DNA of 64,000 bases. It comes from Macrostomum lignano. Lineage: Eukaryota. The translations under genes and the position numbers were made by a program. Shown piece after piece: positions 36,871-51,011 of this stretch (positions are counted from its first letter, which is position 1; every line of letters starts with the position of its first letter). Under the pieces are notes generated by a model. The model did no database searches, was not told the DNA's origin, and was given only the letters and a program-made list of their open reading frames with translations. The stretch is from positions 69,419 to 133,418 of the forward strand of contig NIVC01000853.1 in NCBI GenBank assembly GCA_002269645.1, read 5' to 3'.

Positions 36871-39800
36871 CCAATTTTTGCTTACTTCTATTATAACTAA
36901 TACCTTATACCCTCTACCTTTAACTTAACATATACAAACATGTCAGTTTTGGTATATTGAGATAGGTTTGAAACTATTATCCATGATATAAAAATCAAAT
37001 GCAGGTAGTAATACCTGCTGTAAAGGGAAGTGTTTTTTGTTTTACTGATCTAATTTCACTAACAAAATCTGTCTTTTCCAAGACTTGAAGCTAGGTTATA
37101 CCCCATCCCAATCATAGCCAATAGGAAATGAGGAAATATATAGACCTATTGCTATTCTTATCCAAGCAGCCATTTAGAGCTGTGGCCATCTTGGTATGTG
37201 GCCATCTTGGTCATGTGCCCTTCCAAGTTGTGCTGTTTTTTGAACAGTTTTGTGTAATTAAATATGTCTATCATCACAATAAATATGCTTTGTTTAATGT
37301 TAATTCAATTTGAAAAATAATTAAATGTGCACTTTTTACAAATACAATTGCCTATTTTTTCCAAAAACTTTTACTAATTTTTTACCAATACTATAGGCCT
37401 ATTTTTGGTATTTGGTATTTTTGGTAATTTTTGATGAACCAATTTTTATGCCAATATATCTTTTTAGATAAAAAATGTAAAAAACTTATAGTTAGGCAGT
37501 GACAGGAGTAAAAGCCAGAAAACAAGCATAAGAAGAAGCATAGAAGTTCCATGGCTAACAATCCTAACATCATATGATTCATAGTAAAAGCTCAGGCCCT
37601 CTTTCAGAAAAGGTCCTCACTGCCTCACCGCCCTCATTTTGCTCAGTATGCCCTCCAGTATAGTATAGACGTAGAGTGTATACTATGGCGGGAATGGCAC
37701 CCCTGGCCCTGGGCCGTGGTCCCAAACTTTTATAGTTATTGTTAGGTTAGGTTAACATCCGCCCCTCATTTTATATTGCTAAATCCACCTCTGTATGTCC
37801 CCATAGTCGTCTGATGGTAATACTTGCTAATGAATAATTCAAGATTATAGAAATGCATACGTTATTACCTATTAAAAGTAATGTACTAGCAGCATAATTG
37901 CGTACATTCGCGATCTTTTACATCTAGTTCTTAGAAAAAAAGTAACGTTAAACCATGACTAAAGTAAAGCGAAAAAAGTGTTTAAGGCTTAAAGAAGGTA
38001 TAAATAAATAGCACATGCTATAGGAAACAAATGAACTATTTTTGCAATATTTACACCTTTAGTTAGTCATGGGTTCTTAACCCTGGTTTCATAAATATTT
38101 GACTTCAGGAAATAAATTCGTAGAAATATCGCGATCTGGGAAGTCCTACCTGACGCCCTGACGGCTGACTGGGGAAGAAGAGGCCTGGGCGTAACTTGCT
38201 AGCCTAAGCTTGCTGTTTATAACAATCAGGCTTGTTGCTAGTTGCTAGTTAAAACTTCCCCTGGTTAATTTTTTATTGAGAATGAATAAGCTAGGCCTAG
38301 TATTTTGTTGAAACAGCATTTATAATCCAACTGACCAAATTACCAAGACAAGACTCTTATATTAAATGCCACAAATAAAATTCTACACATTTGAAGCACT
38401 AAATTAAAAATTATTTTAATTCTACATAGCCTATTTTAGTAATTAGACAGAATAAACCCTATTTATTTGGCAGTTGTTATAGTTAGGCCTAGGGACCATA
38501 TAAAAAAGTTATTTTTACAGTCAATGCATAAGACACTATCTTGGCCTAAGCCAAGCCCAAGGTTTTAACTTAATATAACTGTATAAATAGTGAAACAGTT
38601 ATTTTTATAGTCACCATATATAGGAAGCAAAATGGTAATTAGGCCTATTATGGCTTAATGTAATAATGTGATTGATATAAAATTTGTATGTTATATTATA
38701 TTATATTTTTGTTTAAAATGATAACACATTTTTTAGTTTATTATTAGAAAATTTTTCCCATTTTTATATAGAATTTTTTTTGATATGCAAAAGCTTTGTT
38801 TAGGCCTATTTAATTAAGGATTTATTTTCCATTTAGGCCCTAACTAATATATGCCCCATAGTCAGGATCATGTCATGGTATATGCTGGAATAAAAAGTCC
38901 TCTAAAAATCTATGCCACTTCATATTGAAACGTACGCCAAGGTCCTAGGAACTTACGCCAGGTTTTCTAGGCTTTGCGATAATAAATAACCTTTTTTGCG
39001 TGTTACACATTTTTGCCTACTTTATAAACACCTCTATTTCACCCGCTTCACTCACCAAATGCAATGCACTAGTTTTTGTTTAAGTTTTTTTTAGAACATT
39101 ACACAATTAGTTTGCGTGGAATTTTAAATTTTTATAAATCATGAATAGTTATTAACTTTCATCTTATAAGTTTTATGGTTTTTATGATTTTATAATAATA
39201 TTCTAAGGTTATGGCATTATGCCAACAATTTATTTACACCACAGCGTCACGCCAAAAGGTACGCCAAATATATTTTGCCTCATGTTTTACGCCAATTGTA
39301 TGCCAAAAAAGTAAAATTTTCAATTGTATACCAGAAATTTCCAGCGTAATGTACATTATCCTGACTATGGTATATGCCCTATTACTATATTAGGCCTAGC
39401 TATTAAATTTATCTTTTTTTGCTACTCATTGGGCAGACTTCCAATGCCATCATGATAAAAGCTTGCAGGTTTAAAGGCAAAGAAATTCTTTAACCAAATT
39501 CTTCAACTACCAATTTAATTTAAATCAGCTTTTTTAGAAAAAGTATTTTCTTTCAAAGTGTTAGGCCTATTTAAAGACAAAAATAAATGATAGTTAGAGT
39601 ATGCAAAGTTAGGGCTATATAGTGGGTAGATATGCACTTTTTAGTCAAGTTTAAGCAGCTTTTATTGAATAACATTTGCAATATAAGGTCTAATATTGTT
39701 ATAGAGAAAGCAAATAGGGCCAAGGTTTTGGCACTTAAGTTGAATCTAAGCAGCAAAATAATCAAGTTGTTGGCAATATAATTGCATAGTGATTTTTATA

Positions 39801-40426
39801 TTGGGTAGTAGCAGTTTGCATAGCAACATATCTTTGCTGTCCTACTAGATTGACAATATGACTTTCCTTGGATATAGCCTAGGTTTAGTTATATTTGGAT
39901 ATTTATCAGTTTGGCATGACAACCTCTTGCATTGAATATTGGTATATAGACCTACTTCTCATCTCTAGTGACACTAGACATGAGCTAGTTCTTGGTATGC
40001 TTGAACAACAGTTAGCAAATAGGCTATCTCAATATGGCACTAGTCCTACATCTTAGTCAGCTGATAGGGTACCTACTTGGACAACTTAGACACAAAGCCA
40101 AGTGCCCTCTGGTGCTCAACCATGGTTGATTGAAATAGCTCCAAGGTTTCTGCAAGATGGCATTTGTCTGCTAGGCATATAGATAATCTTTCACTAGCTG
40201 GCATAGGTGCTCATTATTGAGCCTAGATAGATGACCCAACCAAGACTAATCTTTGAGGTCATGAACTCCAGTGCAAAAGCAAGCAAACCAATCCTGTGCT
40301 ATGCGCTCAAAGCCAGTGTTCTCACCAAACACACTATTAAAATGGCTTAATGATAGATACATCAATATTTACCCTCATTATATATAGGGCAGAACATTTT
40401 AGAAAGTACATGTTAAGAACATACAT

Positions 40427-40580
40427 GTGCAACCTTGGGAATCACCCAGCTGTTTCTATTGGCAACACACATATGTATGTTGCTATTGGCTCAGAGCAGT
40501 TATTTGACTAATTTTCTGTCCAATAGCAACTTACATGTTTGTTGCTAATAGAAATGGCTGGGTGAATCCCTAGGTTGCAC
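40427..40580. mobile_element. Decayed fold-back/MITE
   Basis: About 60-bp imperfect inverted arms (GTGCAACCTTGGGAATCACCCAGC... / ...GCTGGGTGAATCCCTAGGTTGCAC). Confidence 0.65.
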
Positions 40581-40969
40581 CCAAGCATGGTTAAGAATAT
40601 TCAAGAAATTTTTTAAAACTGTGAGAACTTTTCATTGAACCAAATAATATTAAAATATATATTTCACTTAGTTTTGTGTCTAGTACAAAAATAAAAACTT
40701 TCCTTAGAAAACTCACTTGCAAAAGTTGAATGACATTTTAAGAAAAAGTTGGCATATATTCTAGGGAATTGTTACCTTTTTGGCATACACTAGGGTGCAT
40801 TTAGCTAAGATAGGGTTTGTGTTCTGGCATGCATTACACAATCTGTAGTCTGTACACTGAGCTAAAAAACTTACTGCCTTTAAGTAGTCTGAGCATTTTC
40901 CAAGAAACTTACAGAATGGAATCCACCCAATCGCCATTCCCGCAGCTTTATCCGCTGGCTTTCTGTTAA

Positions 40970-41497
<528 letters not shown>

Positions 41498-41527
41498 TAG
41501 CTATATATCCCCAACGCTTTTGTGTGA

Positions 41528-43053
<1,526 letters not shown>

Positions 43054-44631
43054 TGAACAACAACTGTGCAGATTTTGCTGTTGTTTTATTTAAAAAAAGA
43101 CCATCAATATAGTGTGTCCCTTGCTCTTTGTCATAATCCTGTCTATTGTATTGCCAGCTTACTACTCTCACCGTCCTTTACTCCCCTTCTATGTTTGAGC
43201 ACCGAAGTATGCCGACATGTTGCAGAGCTGCCCTGCCAGGGATTTTCTGGGTAAGCTTTAACTGGGTAATCGGCGAGAGTAGATATGAATTAAAAAGCCT
43301 CGTCAGCTAATTACTTACCCGATTTGCTCATGGTTTTCCCAAACTTAGTAAAGCTTTAGTCTGTAGATTTTTAATGCAAGCCTGAAATTTAACAAGTTGA
43401 AACTAATCAGTATATCTCAGCTTGCATCCCCATTAAATTACATTTTTAGGTCATGCACAAAAGTTTTTGTTCAAATGAAAGACGAGATTTTCCGATTTCC
43501 AATGACCTCAAACTTGTTAGAACTTCAGGCGTGCATTTAAAATCCATAGGCAAAAATTGCACTCAACTTTGGAAGTTTAGAGACCCGTCGTTATTTCCCT
43601 GGCACGCGCATCGTCTGCACAAAAAGCCGTTGCACTCTACAGCTCTGTCTGCGATCTTATATTTACTATCAGATGTGCTCACTATATGTTTGTGTTTAGT
43701 TCCTCCCCCTCTCCACGCCTCCCCACAGAGCAGTGAGCACAGATTAGCCATCAATGTGCTGCGCATCGATTGGTCTGGTTTAATTCAGAAAATCAACGCG
43801 CAGATTTTTTTTGTTTCTTTTGCGTCCTAAGAAGGTGATGGCGAAATGTTTATTTATATCTATTTTCATATCTGGAACAATACAGTTAATAATAATCTTA
43901 TATCAATTACTGTCCAAACTTTTATGGTCACAGAATATACACAGAATGCTCAGTTATTATGTATACTAAAAAAGAAATAAAATTCGCACAGCCTACTTAT
44001 TTAACGAACTTTCTCAGTAGTAGCAAAAAAAATTATAAAATTTTTCAATTCTCTTATTATATTGACAGCCTGGCTCACCAATTAATGGAGAAGTTTTTGA
44101 AAGATTTAGGTTGCTAAGTGCCATTTAGCCAACTTAATTTTTCTTCACAAATATATCAGCTAGTGTAGAATGTAATTCTTGTGCAAGAAATATTCTCAGA
44201 ATGCATGATTGAGCAGTCTGTGTTTATTCTGTGGCTTTTATAAATGTGTCTCAGATGATAATGTTCAGCAGGCGCTTGATACACACGGACTAGAAAACTC
44301 TCTAAAGACTGATGAATTTCAATTGTACTATTTAGTGCCTAATACAGTGACAAACGTTCTACTTTACTTAATTCACTCTCTGTCACTCAGATGAACAGTT
44401 TTTCTCTGTTCGTTTCCATTCATAAGAATCAATGCGTGTTGCTTTTCATTCCGTCAATTCAATTGGAGTTCAAGTTTGTCCTGGCTGTACATGCGTGATT
44501 GTATGCTTTATAAACTATACGTATGATCGCTTTTTACCTCGATTAGCCAATGCTGCTGTTCTGCAAGCCTCTTTCAACACACCTTAAGTGTCAAGTACAT
44601 GGGCGCTTATGACACTTAAACTGCCCTCCCC

Positions 44632-44950
44632 CCAGCACCTGAAGTGGCGCCCTAAACACCTGAAGTGGCGCCCCTAACACCTGAAAGTGGCGCCCCTAAC
44701 ACCTGAAGTGGCGCCCCTAACACCTGAAGTGGCGCCTCTAACACCTGAAGTTGCACCTATCACACCTGAAAGTGGCGCCTCTAACACCTGAAGTGGCGCC
44801 CCTAACACCTGAAGTGGCGCCTCTAACACCTGAAGTTGCACCTCTAGCACCTGAAATGGCGCCCTTAACATCTAAAGTGGCACCCCTAACACCTGAAGTG
44901 GCGCCTCTAACACCTGAAGTGGCACATGAAGTGCCCCCCCCTAGCACCTG
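44632..44950. repeat. 21-bp minisatellite (AACACCTGAAGTGGCGCCCCT)n
   Basis: Direct reading. Confidence 0.93.
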
Positions 44951-45852
44951 AGGTGGGGTTTGGATAAAATGTTTCTGTCTGCGGAGTTATTATACATATT
45001 TTTTATTTTATAGTGTCCCCAATATGGATTATTGTTTTAATTGACTTATATTTTACTAAAACGGCTATGCAGGCGGAACTAAAGATAATCACTAAGATTA
45101 CACTATGTTATAAATATGTTAATATATGCATAACTATTTAATAAAGTCTTGTTGAAGTTAAATGACTTTTTGCGTTTCAGAATTTCGCTTCAGTTAATTT
45201 TTACTTCGGGAAAGCGAGAGGCTGCTAAAACTTGGCTTGACAAAATGTAACCGTCTCTCTATATATATAATTTTAATTTGCTCTGCGCACTACTAATAAG
45301 CGCATCTGTATCGAGTAGTATAGTTTAGTTATGACGCGTTTTTTTATTCTCACACATTGCGGCTTACTATACTGTCCTGTACTTGCTGGGGGGCTGCTGG
45401 AATCGCGGTTTTCTACTTTGCTTTGACAGGTTATTTTGTTTTCTTGGCTGCAAGTTCCGGGCCCCCGCTTCGGAGTTGAAGCCTCAACTAATTATTCCTT
45501 AGCTGTTTCCTTTTTTCTCATTGCTCCGATTGTCCCGACCTTACCTGTCTTGCACAGAGGTGTTTTTAACATATATATAATAAAATATAATATTTCTGAG
45601 CATTATAGTGTGCTGCTTGTTCGTTTAGTAATTACTGACAGCTTGTCTTCTGTTTGTTGGTCAATTTCTGGCTGTCTCCGGTTTGTCAAGTTTCCAGCTA
45701 TTGGATCCAGCCAGCAAGGCTCTCCAATGATATGAAGTTTTCAAGCTTGTTGGATTTCCATGCTGTGAAATATTGTCTCTTCGGCGATTTGAATGTGACA
45801 TTTTGCAGCTTAGGAAATGCCCAAGTATAGAATGTGGCTATAGGCTCCGTTG

Positions 45853-46876
45853 CATTCAGTCACTCTCAGCTGCACTCAGTCACTCTCAGCTGCATTCAGT
45901 CACTCTCAGCTGCATTCAGTCACTCTCAGCTGCATTCAGTCACTCTCAGCTGCACTCAGTCACTCTAAACTGCACTCAGTCACTCTCAGCTGCACTCAGT
46001 CACTCTCAACTGCACTCAGTCACTCTCAGCTGCACTCAGTCACTCTCAACTGCACTCAGTCACTCTCAGCTGCACTCAGTCACTCTCAACTGCACTCAGT
46101 CACTCTCAGCTGCACTTAGTCACTCTCAACTGCACTCAGTCACTCTCAGCTGCACTCAGTCACTCTCAACTGCATTCAGTCACTCTCAGCTGCACTCAGT
46201 CACTCTCAACTGCACTCAGTCACTCTCAGCTGCACTCAGTCACTCTCAACTGCACTCAGTCACTCTCAGCTGCACTCAGTCACTCTCAACTGCACTCAGT
46301 CACTCTCAGCTGCACTCAGTCACTCTCATCTGCATTCAGTCACTCTCAACTGCACTCAGTCACTCTCAACTGCACTCAGTCACTCTCAGCTGCACTCAGT
46401 CACTCTGAACTGCACTCAGTCACTCTTAGTTGAATTCAGTCACTCTCAGCTGCACTCAATCACTCTCAACTGCACTCAGTCACTCTTAGTTGAATTCAGT
46501 CACTCTCAGCTGCACTCAGTTACTCTCAGCTGCACTCAGTCACTCTTAACTGCACTCAGTCACTCTTAGTTAAATTCAGTCACTCTCAGCTGCACTCAGT
46601 CACTCTCAGTTGCACTCAGTCACTCTCAACTGCACTCAGTCACTCTCAACTGCACTCAGTCACTCTTAGTTGAATTCAGTCACTCTCAGCTGCACTCAGT
46701 TACTCTCAGCTGCACTCAGTCACTCTTAACTGCACTCAGTCACTCTTAGTTAAATTCAGTCACTCTCAGCTGCACTCAGTCACTCTCAGTCACTCTCAAC
46801 TGCACTCAGTCACTCTCAACTGCACTCAGTCACTCTTAGTTGAATTCAGTCACTCTCAGCTGCACTCAGTCACTCA
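45853..46876. repeat. 20-bp minisatellite (CACTCTCAGCTGCACTCAGT)n
   Basis: Direct reading. Confidence 0.97.
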
Positions 46877-47654
46877 TACCGCTTTCACTAACAGGCTGCT
46901 AGCTACATATAATATTAATAAAATTGGAGAATGCTGAATTCTGTAACACTTTCAGCCCTCCGCCAATCTCTATCAATTAGTAATTAATTAGCAAGTGTAC
47001 CTGAGCCTTTGAATTCATTATTACTGCATTAATCGCTGCCCAATTCATAAATCATTACCGGAGACTTATAACGCTGGCCTGCTCTATTGAATAGGCCGCA
47101 ATGGCCTACCCATGTCCGGTAGCTGTCTGCCCAGGAAGGCGCAGCTAGTGCAACATCGGCCAAGCACATTTTCATTATATATAGTTATTATTTTTAATTC
47201 AATATCGCTGACAGACGCTGCTGAGCGAATTGCTGTGCCGGCTTCCGGGCGCATGTGTGAGCCTTGGCATTGTCCCCAGACTCACTTCCTGATGTAAGCC
47301 TGTACGTGAGGCTTCCGCGCTAACTTAGCTGTGTTGAGCGGGGCTTAAAATTACACCGCTCAGGTGAGCCGAGAGGGAGGCTTGAAAAACAAGAATTCCA
47401 TATTCGTTGTCGTCTAAAGTCCCTCATTTTGACTATTGCTGGTGAGTATGAAGCAAGTCTATTTACAATATATAGAAGTCTAAATTGCGTCGAAATCTTA
47501 ATTTCTTCAAACTAGCTTGAGGGTGATGTCCACATGCAGAACGCATAGAGCTGATCAATGGGCTTTCACCATAGACAAATTCAGCCGAGAAAATCTGATT
47601 TCTGAGTGTAGCGTCCACTTCAGCTGTCCGTGTGGCTCAGTTGTCTCACCGCCC

Positions 47655-48630
47655 CAGTTATCCCACTGGCCCAGTTATCCCACTGGCTCAGTTATCCCAC
47701 TGGCCCAGTTATCCCACTAGCTCAGTTATCCCACTGGCTCAGTTATCCCACTGGCCCAGTTATCCCACTGGCTCAGTTATCCCACTGGCTCAGTTATCCC
47801 ACTGGCCCAGTTATCCCACTGGCCCAGTTATCCCACTGGCCCAGTTATCCCACTGGCTCAGTTATCCCACTGGCCCAGTAATCCAACTAGCCCAGTTATC
47901 CCACTGGCTCAGTTATCCCACTAGCCCAGTTATCCCACTGGCTCAGTTATCCCACTGGCCCAGTTATCCCACTGGCCCAGTTATCCCACTGGCCCAGTTA
48001 TCCCACTGGCTCAGTTATCCCACTGGCCCAGTTATCCCACTAGCCCAGTTATCCCACTGGCTCAGTTATCCCACTAGCCCAGTTATCCCACTGGCTCAGT
48101 TATTCCACTGGCCCAGTTATCCCACTGGCTCAGTTATCCCACTGGCTCAGTTATCCCACTGGCCCAGTTATCCCACTGGCTCAGTTATCCCATTGGCTCA
48201 GTTATCCCACTAGCCCAGTTATCCCACTGGCTCAGTTATCCCACTGGCCCAGTTATCCCACTGGCCCAGTTATCCCACTGGCTCAGTTATCCCACTGGCC
48301 CAGTTATCCCACTGGTCCAGTTATCCCACTGGCCCAGTTATCCCACTGGCCCAGTTATCCCACTGGCCCAGTTATCCCACTGGCCCAGTTATCCCACTGG
48401 TCCAGTTATCCCACTGGTCCAGTTATCCCACTGGCCCAGTTATCCCACTAGCCCAGTTATCCCACTGGCTCAGTTATCCCACTGGCCCAGTTATCCCACT
48501 GGTCCAGTTATCCCACTGGTCCAGTTATCCCACTGGTCCAGTTATCCCACTGGTCCAGTTATCCCACTGGTCCAGTTATCCCACTGGCCCAGTTATCCCA
48601 CCGGCTCAGTTATCCCACTGGCTCAGTTAT
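47655..48630. repeat. 17-bp minisatellite (GTTATCCCACTGGCCCA)n
   Basis: Direct reading. Confidence 0.97.
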
Positions 48631-48644
48631 CACACCAATCAGTT

Positions 48645-49385
48645 GTCCTACCGGTAAATATCCCATTGGTAGATATCCCATCGGTAAATATCCCACCGGT
48701 AAATATCCCACCGGTAGATATCCCATCGGTAAATATCTCATCCGTAAATATCCCATCGGTAAATATCCTATCGGTAGATATCCCATCGGTAGATATCCTA
48801 TCGGTAGATATCCCATCGGTAAATATCCCATCGGTAAATATCCCATCGGTAGATATCCCATCGGTAAATATCCCACCGGTAAAGATCCCATCGGTAGATG
48901 TCCCATCGGTAGATATCCCATTGGTAGATATCCCATCGGTAGATATCCCATCGGTAGATATCCCATCGGTAGGTATCCCATCGGTAGGTATCCCATCGAA
49001 GATATCCCATCGGTAAATATCCCATCGGTAGATATCCCATCGGTAAATATCCCATCGGTAGATGTCCCATCGGTAGGTATCCCATCGGTAGGTATCCCAT
49101 CGAAGATATCCCATCGGTAGATATCCCATCGGTAGGTATCCCATCGGTAGGTATCCCATCGAAGATATCCCATCGGTAAATATCCCATCGGTAGATATCC
49201 CATCGGTAGATATCCCATCGGTAGATATCCCATCGGTAGATATCCCATCGGTAGATATCCCATCGGTAGATATCCCATCGGTAGATATCCCATCGGTAGA
49301 TATCCCATCGGTAGATATCCCATCGGTAGATATCCCATCGGTAGATATCCCACCGCTAGATATAGCGGTAGATATCCCAGCCACA
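48645..49385. repeat. 15-bp minisatellite (TATCCCATCGGTAGA)n
   Basis: Direct reading; abuts the 17-bp array. Confidence 0.97.
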
Positions 49386-50398
49386 GTTATCCCATCGGCA
49401 GTTATCCAACTGGTAGTTTTCGCAACGAGTCTGCAGTTATTAGCAATTTGAAAACGAGCGTACTTTTCCTTTCTGATTTACAAAATATTTCTGCCGGCTG
49501 CTTGAAAGATCTGGACATGCAATAGGAAGCTATGTGCAGTACATGGATGGTTTATTTGATGTAAACACAAGAATTCCATACGGATATTAGAGAGCTTAGG
49601 AAAAATCTGTTCAGTGGAACATGTTCCTAGCATGCTACTTTTAGTAATTAGATTTAGTAGAATAACTGTGTTGGTACTGGATCGCTGTTCTGCTGTTAAT
49701 TAACATGCTCGTTCAAGCTACTGAGTTAAAAAGTAGTTTGATTGAGCATTACTATCGGAGACTGGAGTAAAGCATCAAAGGTTAGTGTCCCGTGATTTAG
49801 CATAACCCACAGTGCTCCAACACGGTCTGCTAATAGATGGAGATGAAGAGGCAGGGACGGACCACATTGCTTTTGCAGCCCGCAGCACCCCAACCGACCA
49901 TGGAGGCGGAAACGGAGAAGGAGGCCAGCAGCGGAAGCGATGAGATCTCGGTGAGAAATCTACTCAATTCTTATAATTACCGCTTGCTTGTGAAAGCTGG
50001 TCTCTTTTTTGTTGGAGAGCAGGGACAATTATTGTTAATGAATGCAATTCATTCAGTAGTCCTTGAGCCATTATTGCATTCTGCATTGTAAGTACGATTT
50101 ACTTGACTTTCTATACAGTTTCTGTGCAGACCGGTTTCGCGTGTGCCCACCCACCCCCTTGCCGATCGTTCCCATGGCAACGGCCTAGGCGGGTAGGGAG
50201 ACCGGGCGCGTGTTTGTTCGGATCAAATTCTGGTCGCTGGTGAAGAGAGAAGGGGGTCGAAACAGGAGTCGGGCAGTCAACACACCACAGTGACTCGACT
50301 CACGCAGCCTTTTGACTGGAGCTTTCTTGCTCTCTTTCCGCGAATTATTTTTTATCCCAACCAGTCGGATTTAAGGCGGGGAGGGCATCGAAAAGGGC

Positions 50399-50406
50399 TA
50401 TAAATA
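50399..50406 (+). promoter_or_regulatory. Candidate TATA box
   Basis: gggcTATAAATAgagc 23 nt before the ATG at 50422. The spacing is short for a core promoter. Confidence 0.25.
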
Positions 50407-50421
50407 GAGCGGCGGGCAGTC

Positions 50422-51011
50422 ATGAGCGGAGCCGAGCGGCTGGGCTTCCTGCGCGAGATTCTGCAGCTGGAAAGCGCCGCCGCCGCCGCCGATACAGCTG
50501 ACGCTGCCATCATGCCGTTGGGAAGGCGGCCAGCCGGGCGGTCTGGAGCTGCGGCCGCCGCAGCCTCCGGCCTTTTGATTCGCAGCCTCACCAGCGTTAA
50601 ACTGGCTGAGAACAGCTCGCTAAACAATCTGTTCCAGCCGCTGGAGCTGCTCAGACGAAAGTCGCGCATCGTCCGCCTGCTGTGCCGAGTCAGCCTGGCC
50701 TTCAGCCTGGTGGCCCGCGAGGCCGGCGTGGTCGGGCAGCAGCAGCGGCGCGAGGACCAGCCGACAGCCGCCAGGTTCTACTCGGAGCTGGACGGCGCCG
50801 AGCTCGAATTCGACGTTGGCGACTATCGGTTCAGCTCGGACGAGGAACACCGGTGGCCGGTGTCCGCCAGGGGCGCCGTGCTCAAGCTGCCGTGCTATCG
50901 GGAAGCTGGCGAGGCCGATAGGATCCTGGCGCTGATGCGGCAGCTCAGATTCTGCAGGCGGCTGCCGCCAGCTGTGCAGGGGCGAATTGCTGAGCAGGCT
51001 TATTACATGCA
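50422..51011 (+). CDS. Tandem cyclic-nucleotide-binding-domain protein (CNBD1/2-like), exon 1
   Basis: Open GC-rich frame ending ...LRFCRRLPPAVQGRIAEQAYYMQ (first CNBD helix). Donor GTGAGT at 51012, phase 2. Confidence 0.8.

Noticed and set aside
49837-49950. ATG-initiated 38-codon segment ending at GTGAGA as CNBD coding exon 1
   Set aside because: The best phase-0 acceptor (50364) leads to an in-frame TAA before the ATG at 50422, so it cannot be joined as coding. It may be a UTR exon, but I could not support that.
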